DNA from: Poseidonia sp.
Lineage (GTDB): Archaea > Thermoplasmatota > Poseidoniia > Poseidoniales > Poseidoniaceae
Assembly (NCBI GenBank): GCA_965661285.1
Contig: CBFIDD010000001.1
Coordinates: 32,001 to 96,000, forward strand
DNA: 64,000 nucleotides
Direction of reading: 5' to 3'
Shown here: positions 1 through 9,575 of the stretch, one piece after another
Position numbering within the stretch: the first letter of the stretch is position 1
Layout: the number at the start of each line of letters is the position of its first letter
The notes under the pieces: generated by a model
What the model saw: the letters and a program-made list of their open reading frames with translations, nothing else
The model's database searches: none
What the model was told of the DNA's origin: nothing
Made by a program: the position numbers and the translations under genes

Positions 1-782
1 CGCTTCGCAGCAAGTTCGCCACGAACGAAGGCTTCCACCTCATCGGGGTCGCTGGTTCCAATTCGAAGAACGAATTCAAGGCAGGATTGGTTGGCTCGCC
101 CGTGGAGCGGTCCCGACAACGCGTTCATGGCGCCTGCGATTGAAGCGTAAACGGTGGCGTGACCTGAGGCGATCGCTTTTCCGGTGAAGGTGGACAGGTT
201 GCCGCCACCGTGATCCATGTGGAGAACAAGATATGTGGAGAGAATTTGCTCCATCAGGTCGTCGTCCACGTCCTCGAGACCGAGCGTTCTTACGAAACGC
301 TGAACCATGTTCAAGGAGAGGTCGTCCTCAGGAATGCCCTCGCTTCGGCCTTCTCGGATTCTGAAGAGAAGCCCCATCAAGCGTGGCATGCGGGCAATCA
401 AATTGAGGGCGTCTTCCTTCCAATCTCCGGTGGTGTCCAGCATGCCCAAGGTGTGGATACCAACGCTCAACCAATCCATCGGGTGGCCGTCTTTAGGTAG
501 GGTGGAGAAGACGGCACGAACACTCTCGGGGACACGGCCGCGAGCGGCCATTTCCGACTTGAATTTTGAGGATTGTTCGGCTGTGGGCAATTCCTTATGA
601 AACAATAGATAGACGATGTCTTCCGGAGGATAATGAGCAAGTTCCGCAATCGGATAGCCGCAGTAATGCACGCCCTCGGTGGGTGTCACGAAGGATGTCC
701 GACAGGTGCCGACGGGCACACCCCGAAGACCTGTGTTGAGGTGGGACCTGTGGACGGTGAACAACGGCTCGTCGTTTGTCAT
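1..782 (-). CDS. gltA: citrate synthase (3' end runs off the window; not in the ORF track)
   Basis: Manual translation from ATG at 782: MTNDEPLFTVHRSHLNTGLRGVPVG...LVLHMDHGGGNLSTFTGKAIASGH...AMNALSGPLHGRANQ. The DHxGGNxST and GPLHGxAN motifs are citrate synthase signatures, and the frame is open to the window edge. Confidence 0.92.
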   Translation of the reverse strand, partial: MTNDEPLFTVHRSHLNTGLRGVPVGTCRTSFVTPTEGVHYCGYPIAELAHYPPEDIVYLLFHKELPTAEQSSKFKSEMAARGRVPESVRAVFSTLPKDGHPMDWLSVGIHTLGMLDTTGDWKEDALNLIARMPRLMGLLFRIREGRSEGIPEDDLSLNMVQRFVRTLGLEDVDDDLMEQILSTYLVLHMDHGGGNLSTFTGKAIASGHATVYASIAGAMNALSGPLHGRANQSCLEFVLRIGTSDPDEVEAFVRGELAAK

Positions 783-817
783 CTGTCTTCCCTCGTGAAC
801 GCCGACATCCACGTTCG

Positions 818-826
818 GTATAAATA
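818..826 (-). promoter_or_regulatory. putative archaeal TATA box for citrate synthase
   Basis: TATTTATA on the minus strand about 37 nt upstream of the ATG, in otherwise GC-rich DNA. Confidence 0.45.
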
Positions 827-882
827 CGGCTCCTGCTCAACGTGAAGGAAGAAAACGGTGTGGCCAGCAACACTGGCGCGGC

Positions 883-1359
883 CTAGCGTTTTCTGAGAGG
901 TTTTTCGGGAGGCCACGTTCTGAACCCTTTGGTCGAGGTTCGGTCAGCAAAGATGTTGATGCGTATGGTTTGCCCGTCGATGAGGATGGCATCTTCCGCA
1001 TCAATACCAGGACACGTTCGTTTGACGTTTTCCCATGCACCGGGTGTAGCGAGGTTCTCTCCCCACCAAGGAAAGGCTCTGCACTGCTGAGGTCGAACCT
1101 CGTAAATGTTGCACTGTTGTTGTTCGTTGAGATGGATGCAAACGCCGTCTTCCTCGCGACTTTTCAAGACATGTCGGCCATCAAACGTTGTCCGTGTATC
1201 TCGCTCCAACCACGCCGGGACATCCAAGTTTGCATGCGCTGCCAATCGCGACGCATCATCGGGAGAGAGATAGACGATACCGCCGGGTTCGTCGCAGCAT
1301 TTCCCACAATTTGGTTGGCATGAGAAATTGACGCCGTTCATCCACCACGGCGCCCTCAT
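883..1359 (-). CDS. YkgJ family Cys-cluster (CxxCxxCC, Zn/Fe-S chelating) protein
   Basis: CQPNCGKCC, CIHLNEQQQCNIYEVRPQQCRAFPWW and CPG motifs. The start overlaps the upstream stop (ATGA). Confidence 0.88.
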   Translation of the reverse strand: MRAPWWMNGVNFSCQPNCGKCCDEPGGIVYLSPDDASRLAAHANLDVPAWLERDTRTTFDGRHVLKSREEDGVCIHLNEQQQCNIYEVRPQQCRAFPWWGENLATPGAWENVKRTCPGIDAEDAILIDGQTIRINIFADRTSTKGFRTWPPEKPLRKR

Positions 1360-3389
1360 TCTTCCTCACCCACCAACACCGTGCGGGGGCGAAGGCGTGC
1401 AAGGCGAATCACCTTCTTGTCTGGCGTTTCGTCGAGAAGGTCGTCCGCTGAGACACCGGTGCCGTCGATGTTCCACTCGCCCTCTGGCTCAAAGGAATCC
1501 AAATGGCCTTCTGTTTCAGGAATCGGTGCCCGCTTTCGGCGGCGAGGTGCTCGTCGTCCTCGTTTTTCCGGGCCGTCTTCTTCGAAGGGCGGCAGGGGTT
1601 TCCTGTCAGGGTCAAGTTCGACCAAGCGCTCTTCCAGAGACCGGAGCGCATCGGCAATGGAGATGAGTTCCTCAATGTCGGCGTCAACGGCACGCTGAGC
1701 AAGCACCACCATCTGCTCCTCCAGCCGCTGAAGTTCCAATGATGCTGCGACACTTTGTGAGGTGGAGGCGTTCATGCGTTGGTCAATGGCCTCGTCAATG
1801 TCCACGAGTACCTCAACCGCTCGCCCGACATCGGTCTCAGGAAGCGGGTCGTTGGCTCGAACGATGTACTTCTCCCGCTCATGGACGTCAAGCACCGAAG
1901 GCCGACCCGGCTCGATGGATTCAACACGTTCACGCAGGCGCTGTTCGAGATCGTGGGTTGATGCTTCCAAAACCTGACTTTCCAGCGTTGGGGGCTCGTA
2001 ATCATCCTCCGGCCACGGCTCGAGGGGGCTGTGCAAATCAATGCCACCGGTGTCAAGCGACGAGTACACGCTGTCCAACGCTTCCCCGACGAGTTGAGAG
2101 GCAAGGTCCTCAACACGTTGTTGCTCTTCAACAGGGGCAGAACTTGACCGGCCCTCGAGAAGGTGTTCGACATCGTCGTGGTCGAGAAGAACCGCTCCCT
2201 GCTCAAAAGCCAACGAGACCTGTTCCAATCTGGCCTCCATCATTCGCCAACTGTGGGGCGGCATCCGACTCAACTGGGCGAGATGTTGGTCGGACAGGAG
2301 CAGGTTACGCTGAGAACACCTCCAGCGTCCGAAAGCCATGAGCGTTGGCGCTTGCGGCGTGGCCAGCGGAGTTACGAGGGCTGAACGGAACACTTCCTTC
2401 AGTCGAGACGGGGGGAATTCCTCAACGGCCAATCGTCCCCCTGCAACGACTTGCACCCCATGGTTGAGGGCTTGGTCAACCAGTACGCCGAGTTGGTGGC
2501 TCCATGTCGTATCGAGAGCAAATTCGTGAAGGTCATCCACCACCAAGGCGGTGGCACCCGGGAGCGCGTGCTGCCACGACGCAGCCAGCCCGTCGGTACC
2601 GGTGGCATCGGCGGCGCTCATGAAGAGAACATGACCCTCTTGGCGTCGGAGCATGGCCTGTCCGGTGGCATGGAGCAAGTGCGAACATCCGGCTTGGGCT
2701 TGGGCGACGATGAGGAGGGGATTGAAATGGTGAGACGGACGGTCGATGACCTGCTCACAATATTGTGTGGCTTGGAGGTTCTCCTCGGCAACAAACCACT
2801 GCTTGAACGTCAACTTGCTGGACCACGACAAACGCCGAGGCCAGTTCGAGGTGATGTCGAGCACACGCGTGGCGTGGAACGCCTCATCCGGTTGCGGGGG
2901 GGCCAACTCCTCACCAAGTTCGTTTCGTACTTCCCCACGTTGTTGGCTCAAGACCTGACTCCAAACCGGAGTCCCATCGTCCCCAACGCCGACGAAAAAG
3001 TCCGATGCATCCGTAGAGGCGGGGGGCGGTTGGGCCGCCTCAAGTCGCTCCTGCAATCGAATCAAGCGCGCAGCCACGTGAGCGGAATAGCCCGTTTCAC
3101 GGTCAAGAAATGAATTCGGCACACCGACGTCAGCACCCAGCACACGGTCAGCGATCAAATCATAGGTCGGGCGCTGCGGTACGCCCACGGATTGAAACAG
3201 CGAGAGAGGGCGCTCAGGGACGGTGTTTTTTCCGAGCAATGTGTTCAGTTTGGACCGAGCTGGTCGTTGGGTTGCCTCCTGTTTGGGAACCGATTCGGAA
3301 CCGGCGCTCTGCCGGGCGTGGATGGACCCTTGCAAACGGCGCTTTGCGTCTTCAAGTTCCGAGCGTAATTTCGTCGGCGGCGACGTCAT
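1356..3389 (-). CDS. DnaA/Hda-like AAA+ domain protein with degenerate Walker A and a C-terminal acidic coiled coil
   Basis: LTFKQWFVAEENLQA...HFNPLLIVAQAQAGCSHLLHATG parallels DnaA YTFDNFVVG.SN..A...[22 protein letters not shown]. Walker B is LVVDDLHEF. Confidence 0.72.
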   Translation of the reverse strand: MTSPPTKLRSELEDAKRRLQGSIHARQSAGSESVPKQEATQRPARSKLNTLLGKNTVPERPLSLFQSVGVPQRPTYDLIADRVLGADVGVPNSFLDRETGYSAHVAARLIRLQERLEAAQPPPASTDASDFFVGVGDDGTPVWSQVLSQQRGEVRNELGEELAPPQPDEAFHATRVLDITSNWPRRLSWSSKLTFKQWFVAEENLQATQYCEQVIDRPSHHFNPLLIVAQAQAGCSHLLHATGQAMLRRQEGHVLFMSAADATGTDGLAASWQHALPGATALVVDDLHEFALDTTWSHQLGVLVDQALNHGVQVVAGGRLAVEEFPPSRLKEVFRSALVTPLATPQAPTLMAFGRWRCSQRNLLLSDQHLAQLSRMPPHSWRMMEARLEQVSLAFEQGAVLLDHDDVEHLLEGRSSSAPVEEQQRVEDLASQLVGEALDSVYSSLDTGGIDLHSPLEPWPEDDYEPPTLESQVLEASTHDLEQRLRERVESIEPGRPSVLDVHEREKYIVRANDPLPETDVGRAVEVLVDIDEAIDQRMNASTSQSVAASLELQRLEEQMVVLAQRAVDADIEELISIADALRSLEERLVELDPDRKPLPPFEEDGPEKRGRRAPRRRKRAPIPETEGHLDSFEPEGEWNIDGTGVSADDLLDETPDKKVIRLARLRPRTVLVGEEE

Positions 3390-5335
3390 GGCTCTTCACC
3401 GCCATAACGCTTCAACGCCTCCCCTCGTTCGTTGTACAACGCCGTGGCGTCCGCCCCATCGGGCTCATCAAAGGTCGACCATTCGAGGTAGGCTTTCTCA
3501 ACATCAACCTCGGCTTGGGATTTGGCAGCCGCCTCCCTCGAGGGCTTTTCAGCCGTTTCAACAGGACGGAGGCTGCTGGTCAATGGAGCGCTGTCGCCAC
3601 GTGAGGGAAGTTTGACGGTTTTCTTGACCCTCGGCACGGGCAAGGTCGCATCCGAAAGGTCGGGAGAACCCGCCACGCTGTCCTTCAACGCCTTCGCTTC
3701 CACCGGGTAGGCGACCTTCTGATGACGCTCAACAGCCGCCTCTTGCTTCTTGGCAAACCCATCCATGTTTTCTTTGCGAAACGCATGCTTCGCCCGTGGC
3801 TTGACCGGCCAATCCGGCAGTGGAGAGGCGCTCTTGACGACGGCTGAACTTCGGTTGGTGGACAATCCCCGATCAATTTCAGGCATCCTTGGCCGCTGTT
3901 TTCTCGCGGGAAGCCGTTGTGCGGTGCGAAGTTGTGGAGGAGCGGATTTCACCGGCTTCTTTTGTTTGGATTGAAGTGAACGGCGACGAGGAGCGGGTCC
4001 TTCCTCGGCCACCGCTTGTTCGGCTTTCGGAGAATCACTGACATAGCGACCGTAGACAACTTCGGTGTCGATTTCAGGTCGCCAAGCCGTCGAACCGATG
4101 GACACCTCTGTGGCGGACGAGGGTGGTTCGATGGGATGGTACGGGGAGGATTGTTCAGGCCACGCCTCTACCACCTCGCTCAAAGCCTTGGTCGCTTCAT
4201 TTCGCTCCTCGTCATCGGGTACGAAGGCGCCGCCTTCGACCACCTCTCCGTGCAATACAGGGCCGCCGACCTGCGCGCCCTGGTGATGAATTTGTGCCTC
4301 GAGCCACTGCTCTTCTTCCTCGTCTGGAGCGAGGAGCGCGGGATGGTCCCACAGCACATCCGGGTCGTTGACCCAACGATCGATGGTGGACCCTCGCAGC
4401 GAAGTGGATTCGGAAAGAACGGTGTGCTGAACGGTGGTATCAAACAATTCAAGATCGGTGGTTACCAAGGCGATGTGGTCGTTAAATCGAACACCATCAC
4501 AGATGGATCGAAACACATCAACCATGCCTGCCTCACCAAAGGCATTGGCCAAGCGGTCAAGGCCGTCGATGAGGATAACCGAGCGTTCGTTCCCCCACTG
4601 GAATGCATTGACCACGGCTTGAACGGCTTCACGGTCGCTCAACACGTCATATCCGCCATGGGGCGAGAGAAGTGCATAGGATTGAGGGCCTGGCAGACGC
4701 TGCGTCGCTTCAGTCGTTGCGTGTGGCAAGCCAAACAGACCGAGCAGCGGCATGCCGCGCTCAGCCAGTTCAACACCAAGGGAAATCATGGGGTGCGGGT
4801 CGGGAGCGTCGAGCAGGTACACGCCTCCAGGTTCAAGTTGAAGGGCACTCGCTTCGTTGGGGCGTCGGCGACGGTGCTCGGTCTCCAACGCTAAGGCTTC
4901 AATTTCCTCAATTCGAGTCGCACGCCGCCAAGAGGTGGAAGGTAAGCGAACGCTTGACCACCACGACGCAGCGTTGTCGTTGTGCTCTTGATGTTCGAGG
5001 TGAAGGACACTGCCGGGATGGGTGGCCATCGTTGCGCGCAAGGCGTTCATGGACAATTCGTACAACCGCAACTCGTTGTTGACGTCCAAGGCGTCTTCCT
5101 CCATGCAGAGCAGGGCTTCCAAACCTTGTTGCTCAACCTCTCCTCGATGAAAGGCCATGACGGGTTGACCGAGTCGGAACAACAGCCAACCTTCTCTGCT
5201 ATGCTCATGGGAGGCCGAGCGAATGGAGACCGCCCCAGACTGTTCGTGAACGGCAAGGTTTCGAACCAAGACCCGAAGAACATCGACGCCTCCACGCCGC
5301 TGTTCGACCATGTCGCCGTGTTCGATTATGACCAT
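3386..5335 (-). CDS. multidomain protein: N-terminal PATAN/DUF2226-like domain, DUF835 (inactive RecA/KaiC-like) domain and a long disordered C-terminal tail
   Basis: GAVSIRS...EGWLLFRLGQPVMAFH...GLEAL is a PATAN-like pattern. SVILIDGLDRLANAFG...FRSICDGV...ALVTTD is a DUF835-like pattern. The tail is rich in Pro, Lys and Arg. Confidence 0.6.
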   Translation of the reverse strand: MVIIEHGDMVEQRRGGVDVLRVLVRNLAVHEQSGAVSIRSASHEHSREGWLLFRLGQPVMAFHRGEVEQQGLEALLCMEEDALDVNNELRLYELSMNALRATMATHPGSVLHLEHQEHNDNAASWWSSVRLPSTSWRRATRIEEIEALALETEHRRRRPNEASALQLEPGGVYLLDAPDPHPMISLGVELAERGMPLLGLFGLPHATTEATQRLPGPQSYALLSPHGGYDVLSDREAVQAVVNAFQWGNERSVILIDGLDRLANAFGEAGMVDVFRSICDGVRFNDHIALVTTDLELFDTTVQHTVLSESTSLRGSTIDRWVNDPDVLWDHPALLAPDEEEEQWLEAQIHHQGAQVGGPVLHGEVVEGGAFVPDDEERNEATKALSEVVEAWPEQSSPYHPIEPPSSATEVSIGSTAWRPEIDTEVVYGRYVSDSPKAEQAVAEEGPAPRRRSLQSKQKKPVKSAPPQLRTAQRLPARKQRPRMPEIDRGLSTNRSSAVVKSASPLPDWPVKPRAKHAFRKENMDGFAKKQEAAVERHQKVAYPVEAKALKDSVAGSPDLSDATLPVPRVKKTVKLPSRGDSAPLTSSLRPVETAEKPSREAAAKSQAEVDVEKAYLEWSTFDEPDGADATALYNERGEALKRYGGEEP

Positions 5336-5420
5336 GCGGACCCACCCTACAGCAACACGTTCACCAAACCCCCTCTTGAAGAGTGCGGCGGTTCTGCAGG
5401 GAGGCGAACCGTTTCAAGCC

Positions 5421-5825
5421 ATGATTCCTCGGACGGACATGAGCCTGCTGTCGGCCGGACCGTTGAACCTCGACGAGACGCAGTTGCTCGATGAGGGACG
5501 CCAACGGTTTGACTCGGGTCAGTTCTGGCACGCCCACGAGTCGTGGGAGGATTTGTGGAACATGCTCAAAGGGCGACAGGCCCCGCTTGAAGAGATCCTT
5601 CTGGTCCAAGGCCTGATACAAACAGCGGCCATGTTGCTGCACCATGAACGCAAAAACGCGGTCGGTGTCCGAAAACAATGGGAGAAATTGCAGCCAAAAT
5701 TACGCGGTTGGAGGACGGCGTGGGGCCTCGATATTGAGGCGCACCTCAACGTGATTGAAACCTATGCACTGGACGGCGACCTGTGGCGGCTCACAGCCAG
5801 CGACCACCAACTCCCGCAGGCGTGA
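5421..5825 (+). CDS. DUF309 domain protein
   Basis: FDSGQFWHAHESWEDLW and QGLIQTAAMLLH motifs. Start uncertain (5421 or 5439). Confidence 0.82.
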   Translation: MIPRTDMSLLSAGPLNLDETQLLDEGRQRFDSGQFWHAHESWEDLWNMLKGRQAPLEEILLVQGLIQTAAMLLHHERKNAVGVRKQWEKLQPKLRGWRTAWGLDIEAHLNVIETYALDGDLWRLTASDHQLPQA

Positions 5826-5856
5826 GGTTCAAAGTCGGCGGCGATTGGTTACCCAC

Positions 5857-6513
5857 ATGGTCGATGACGCCTCGGTGCTTCCCGCCGACATGCTCCGGTT
5901 CATCGACACCCCTGTTGCGCAACCGCTCGTCAGGGGACGGAACATCGCCTTCGGGGGCAGCATCGTGCTGGCCATCGTGCTCTTCCTTTTGATGCGTCAA
6001 TTTGCCTTCTCTTCACTCCTCTCGGCCAGCCTTGCCGCCCTGACCCTCCTCATGAATGCGGTCGTCGTTTGGCTCCGATTCCAAAGCCACGCCTCTACCC
6101 CGCTTGCGGTGAACCTGAACCATCCGTTCATGGACACGGAGCCGATGGGCGATGCTCGCCTGCTCGTCCAATTGACCGACGGACGCTGGATTGCACCCGG
6201 TGAGCACCGGGTTCGTGCAGTACCCGACGACCTTCTTGGAGGCTTCACACTCGTCCTGGACACCGAGGATTACCCCGCTTTGGGTCATTTTTCAAACGCA
6301 AAAGAACTCGGGGGCACCCTTACCCGTCATTTGGCGCTCATCAACCAAGCGATTGCGCTGAGGGACGCTGTGAACGAAGTGCATGACCCCATTGAGGATG
6401 CACGGAGTCGAGAGAAGATGGATACGGGCTTGCTGGAACGGTCGTGGCTTGAGGACGAAGAAGCCGTTGAGGTCGAAAGTCCCCTCGTGTCGTTTTTTAG
6501 GGGCAAGGAATGA
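5857..6513 (+). CDS. hypothetical membrane protein (2 TM)
   Basis: Coding-like ORF from MVDDASVLP, with two hydrophobic helices followed by a soluble domain. Confidence 0.72.
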   Translation: MVDDASVLPADMLRFIDTPVAQPLVRGRNIAFGGSIVLAIVLFLLMRQFAFSSLLSASLAALTLLMNAVVVWLRFQSHASTPLAVNLNHPFMDTEPMGDARLLVQLTDGRWIAPGEHRVRAVPDDLLGGFTLVLDTEDYPALGHFSNAKELGGTLTRHLALINQAIALRDAVNEVHDPIEDARSREKMDTGLLERSWLEDEEAVEVESPLVSFFRGKE

Positions 6514-6571
6514 GGCGGTTCGCCCAAAAAACAACCCGCATATTCAAAACCGTTTCACGCAAGCGAACCAC

Positions 6572-7180
6572 GTGCCTACCAACGAAACATGGATGTCCAA
6601 GGTTGACGCCTTGGCCCCTCAGGAGCAGGAAACCCTGCTGGGCACATCCCTTTCGCGTCGGTTTGCCCGCCTCCCGTTGTGGCTGAATCATCCGGCCAAC
6701 ATCGGGGGATTCTACGGATTCTTGGTGGCCTTGGCGTTACTCTTGCCCTATGCTTTTGGGGATGACAGCGAGGTGTGGGGCGTTCAGTGGCTCTATCACG
6801 CATCGCTGCTGATCATCGCGTCAGCAGCCAGCGGCTTTGTCTCGGTGGTTCTCATCGCCTTTTCAAAACGCCATCCGGTGGCGCCTCCACGCCAGTTCCT
6901 CTACCCCATGCCCTTCGTGGGCTTGGCGCTCTTGACCATTGACCGAGTGGACTTGGTGGCAATTCCATCCGTGTTGGTTTGGGCGCTCTTGTTGCTGCCC
7001 GGCCCCATTTATGTCCACCTGTCGTGGGCTCCACGGTGGCGTCTGTTGTGCATGATTGAGGACGGCAAAGACCCCTTCATTGGCCTGGAAACCAAGCAGG
7101 AAGAAACGGTCGAAGCCGAAGAAATGGTGGACGGCGACACGGAAATGCTTGAAGTCGTGGACGCCTTTGAGTCCGAATGA
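6572..7180 (+). CDS. hypothetical membrane protein (about 4 TM, acidic tail)
   Basis: Hydrophobic helices and an acidic C-terminus. Start is GTG 6572 or ATG 6593. Confidence 0.7.
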   Translation: MPTNETWMSKVDALAPQEQETLLGTSLSRRFARLPLWLNHPANIGGFYGFLVALALLLPYAFGDDSEVWGVQWLYHASLLIIASAASGFVSVVLIAFSKRHPVAPPRQFLYPMPFVGLALLTIDRVDLVAIPSVLVWALLLLPGPIYVHLSWAPRWRLLCMIEDGKDPFIGLETKQEETVEAEEMVDGDTEMLEVVDAFESE

Positions 7181-7182
7181 GC

Positions 7183-8364
7183 TCAAATTACACCAACTTG
7201 GGGGCCAACCTTTTCGAAACAGGCCAGCACGTCATCGAGGTCTTGACGGCTCAATCCGGCGGACATTTGTGTTCGGATTCGGGCCTTGTCCCTGGCCACC
7301 ATTGGGAAGACGATGGCACCGGCCATCACACCCACCTCACCAAGCGCTTGCGTCATGGCTTTCGCTGTGGATGATTCACCGCACATGACAGGAATGATGG
7401 GTGTTACCGAATCGCCCGTATCAAAGCCCATGGATTGGAGTTCTTTTCGGAAATAGTTCGTGTTCTCCCAAAGTTTTGCATGGTGTTCGGGTTCGGTCAT
7501 CAACACCTCAATGGCTGCTTTTTGCGCAGCCGCCACGCCCGGCGGTTGCGACCCAGAGAGCAGCCACGACCTCGAGTGGTTCAGGGCGTGGGTTCGTGTC
7601 ATCTCCGTGCCGGCCAGAATGCCACCTTGGACCCCCAGGGCCTTGGAGAAGGAACCCGTTTCGAAGTCAACCTTGCCCTGGAGTTTGAAATGGTCAACTA
7701 TGCCGGCCCCGCCTTCTCCCAGAACACCTTCACCGTGGCAGTCGTCGACGTACACCATGGCACCGTATTCCTCGGCTAGGGAGGTGACCTCATCGAGCGG
7801 CGCAATGTCGCCGTCCATCGAAAACACACCGTCGGTGATGATGAGTTTTCGTTCCGAGGATTCATGCGTTTTCAACACCGCTTCCAATTCACCCATATCA
7901 TTGTGGGCGTAGACGGCGCGAGATGCTTTGGTGAGGCGGACGCCGTCAATGATGGAGCCGTGGTTCAACTCGTCGGAAATGATGACGTCCTGCGGGCCGG
8001 TGACCAACGTCGGGATGAGGCCAACATTGACCGTGTAGCCTGCAGAGTAAATGAGCGAGGCTTCAACGCCCTTGAACTCGGCTACTTTTTTCTCGGCTTC
8101 CAAATGGATGTCCATCGTTCCTGCAATCGCTCGGACCGAACCGCTTCCAGCACCGTACGTGGTGGTGGCTTGTTGCATGGCCGAGACAACTTTGGGATGC
8201 GTGGTGAGGTTGAGGTAGTTGTTTGCTGAAAGCATGATCGTTGGCTTTCCGTCCATTTGACAGCGCGGCTGATTGGGGCCCTCAAGCGTGGGCGGCTCCC
8301 ACAACAGCGACTTCTCGTTGAGCTCGTCATAGCGCGCTTTCATCCAAGACATATCACCGGGCAT
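7183..8364 (-). CDS. PLP-dependent alpha-oxoamine synthase (glycine C-acetyltransferase Kbl / BioF family)
   Basis: SANNYLNL, SDELNHGSIIDG, DGVFSMDGD, VDDCHGEG, GSFSKALG (PLP lysine) and ARIRTQMSA motifs. Confidence 0.92.
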   Translation of the reverse strand: MPGDMSWMKARYDELNEKSLLWEPPTLEGPNQPRCQMDGKPTIMLSANNYLNLTTHPKVVSAMQQATTTYGAGSGSVRAIAGTMDIHLEAEKKVAEFKGVEASLIYSAGYTVNVGLIPTLVTGPQDVIISDELNHGSIIDGVRLTKASRAVYAHNDMGELEAVLKTHESSERKLIITDGVFSMDGDIAPLDEVTSLAEEYGAMVYVDDCHGEGVLGEGGAGIVDHFKLQGKVDFETGSFSKALGVQGGILAGTEMTRTHALNHSRSWLLSGSQPPGVAAAQKAAIEVLMTEPEHHAKLWENTNYFRKELQSMGFDTGDSVTPIIPVMCGESSTAKAMTQALGEVGVMAGAIVFPMVARDKARIRTQMSAGLSRQDLDDVLACFEKVGPQVGVI

Positions 8365-8397
8365 GATGCTTCCTCACCCGACCTAAGTCGGGGTGCT

Positions 8398-9189
8398 TCA
8401 AGGTCTTTTGTCTTCAATATCTTCGAACACCGATTGGGTCAGAAGACGCTCATCCATCTTCACAAACCCACCCTCTTGCAGATCGAGCAGGTCGAGATGC
8501 AAGCCCCCAATCGAGGTGCGGTGCAGGTTCACCACCTCAAGACCCACGGCAGCAAACATTCGCCGCACCTGACGTTTTTTTCCTTCTGAAATCGTCGCAA
8601 TGACGGTGCCGTCCTCCATGGTTTCAATACGTGCAGGCCGGGTGGCGTAGGTGGAACGGATGCCGTTTTCCTCCAATTCAATATCCACGCCATCACGCAA
8701 TTGTTGAAGTTGGTCTGATGCGGGGGCGTGGTCGGTCGCTACGGCGTAGGTTTTCGCAACCTTCTGGTCGGGTGAGGCGATGCGGTGCACGAGATGACCG
8801 TCCGTCGTGAGGATGAGCATGCCCGTGGTCGCTTCATCGAGACGGCCGACCGTGAGCAGTCGGTCGTACGTTGATTCGTTCACATGGTCCTGCAACAAGG
8901 AAAATACCGAACGCTTGCCCAACGCTCGCTCTTGTCGGTTCAATCGCGAACAGATCACGCCCCTCGGCTTGTTGAGGACAAACGTATGATGGAGGCCGGG
9001 GAGGCGTATCACGTCACCCTGCCAGCAGACTTCTTTGGTGTTCGCATTAAACTGGAAGGCGATGTCTTTGACCACTGAACCTGCCACGGTCACGTCACCG
9101 GACCAAATGGCGTCCTTGACCTCGCGTTTTGAGGAAAACTGACCCGTGCGTGAAAGAAATTGGTGCAGTCTTACTTTCACAGGCCTCAT
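8398..9189 (-). CDS. RsuA-family rRNA pseudouridine synthase with S4 domain
   Basis: RLHQFLSRTG...SKRE (S4), LNKPRGVIC, VGRLDEATTGMLILTTDG (catalytic Asp) and EGKKRQVRRMF. Confidence 0.92.
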   Translation of the reverse strand: MRPVKVRLHQFLSRTGQFSSKREVKDAIWSGDVTVAGSVVKDIAFQFNANTKEVCWQGDVIRLPGLHHTFVLNKPRGVICSRLNRQERALGKRSVFSLLQDHVNESTYDRLLTVGRLDEATTGMLILTTDGHLVHRIASPDQKVAKTYAVATDHAPASDQLQQLRDGVDIELEENGIRSTYATRPARIETMEDGTVIATISEGKKRQVRRMFAAVGLEVVNLHRTSIGGLHLDLLDLQEGGFVKMDERLLTQSVFEDIEDKRP

Positions 9190-9248
9190 CTATGCTTCGT
9201 GGAGGTACCTCTAATCCTTTCGCCCCCAGAAGATAGAGGAAGCCATCC

Positions 9249-9575
9249 TCAGACCGGATCGTCCTCACCGGGAGAGCTGAGTCGAGCACGCTTGTTGGCC
9301 TGCACGGCAGCGTACATCTCCATCACGGGCTGGAGACGTTCTCGTCGGGCTTCAGCCCGGACTTGGCCGACGATACGTTCGGTCTCCGCTCGAACTTCGG
9401 CAAGTTCTCGAACGGTCTGGGCACGGGCAAGTGCCAATTCACGTTCCTCTTCAACTGCTTTCATCCGTGCTTCATGCTCGGATGCATCCGGCTCATCCTC
9501 GCTTTTGCGCCACCAACCCCACAAAGCCCGAAGACCCTGAAAGGCAGAAATGTACCCTGATGTCGTCATCTGCAT
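9249..9575 (-). CDS. hypothetical coiled-coil protein
   Basis: 108 aa ORF rich in Glu, Arg and Ala (helical), divergent from the S8 peptidase. Confidence 0.55.
   Translation of the reverse strand: MQMTTSGYISAFQGLRALWGWWRKSEDEPDASEHEARMKAVEEERELALARAQTVRELAEVRAETERIVGQVRAEARRERLQPVMEMYAAVQANKRARLSSPGEDDPV

Noticed and set aside
1356-3389. Functional bacterial replication initiator dnaA / oriC region
   Set aside because: The Walker A Lys is lost, there is no domain IV, no DnaA-box cluster or dnaN nearby, and the context is archaeal.
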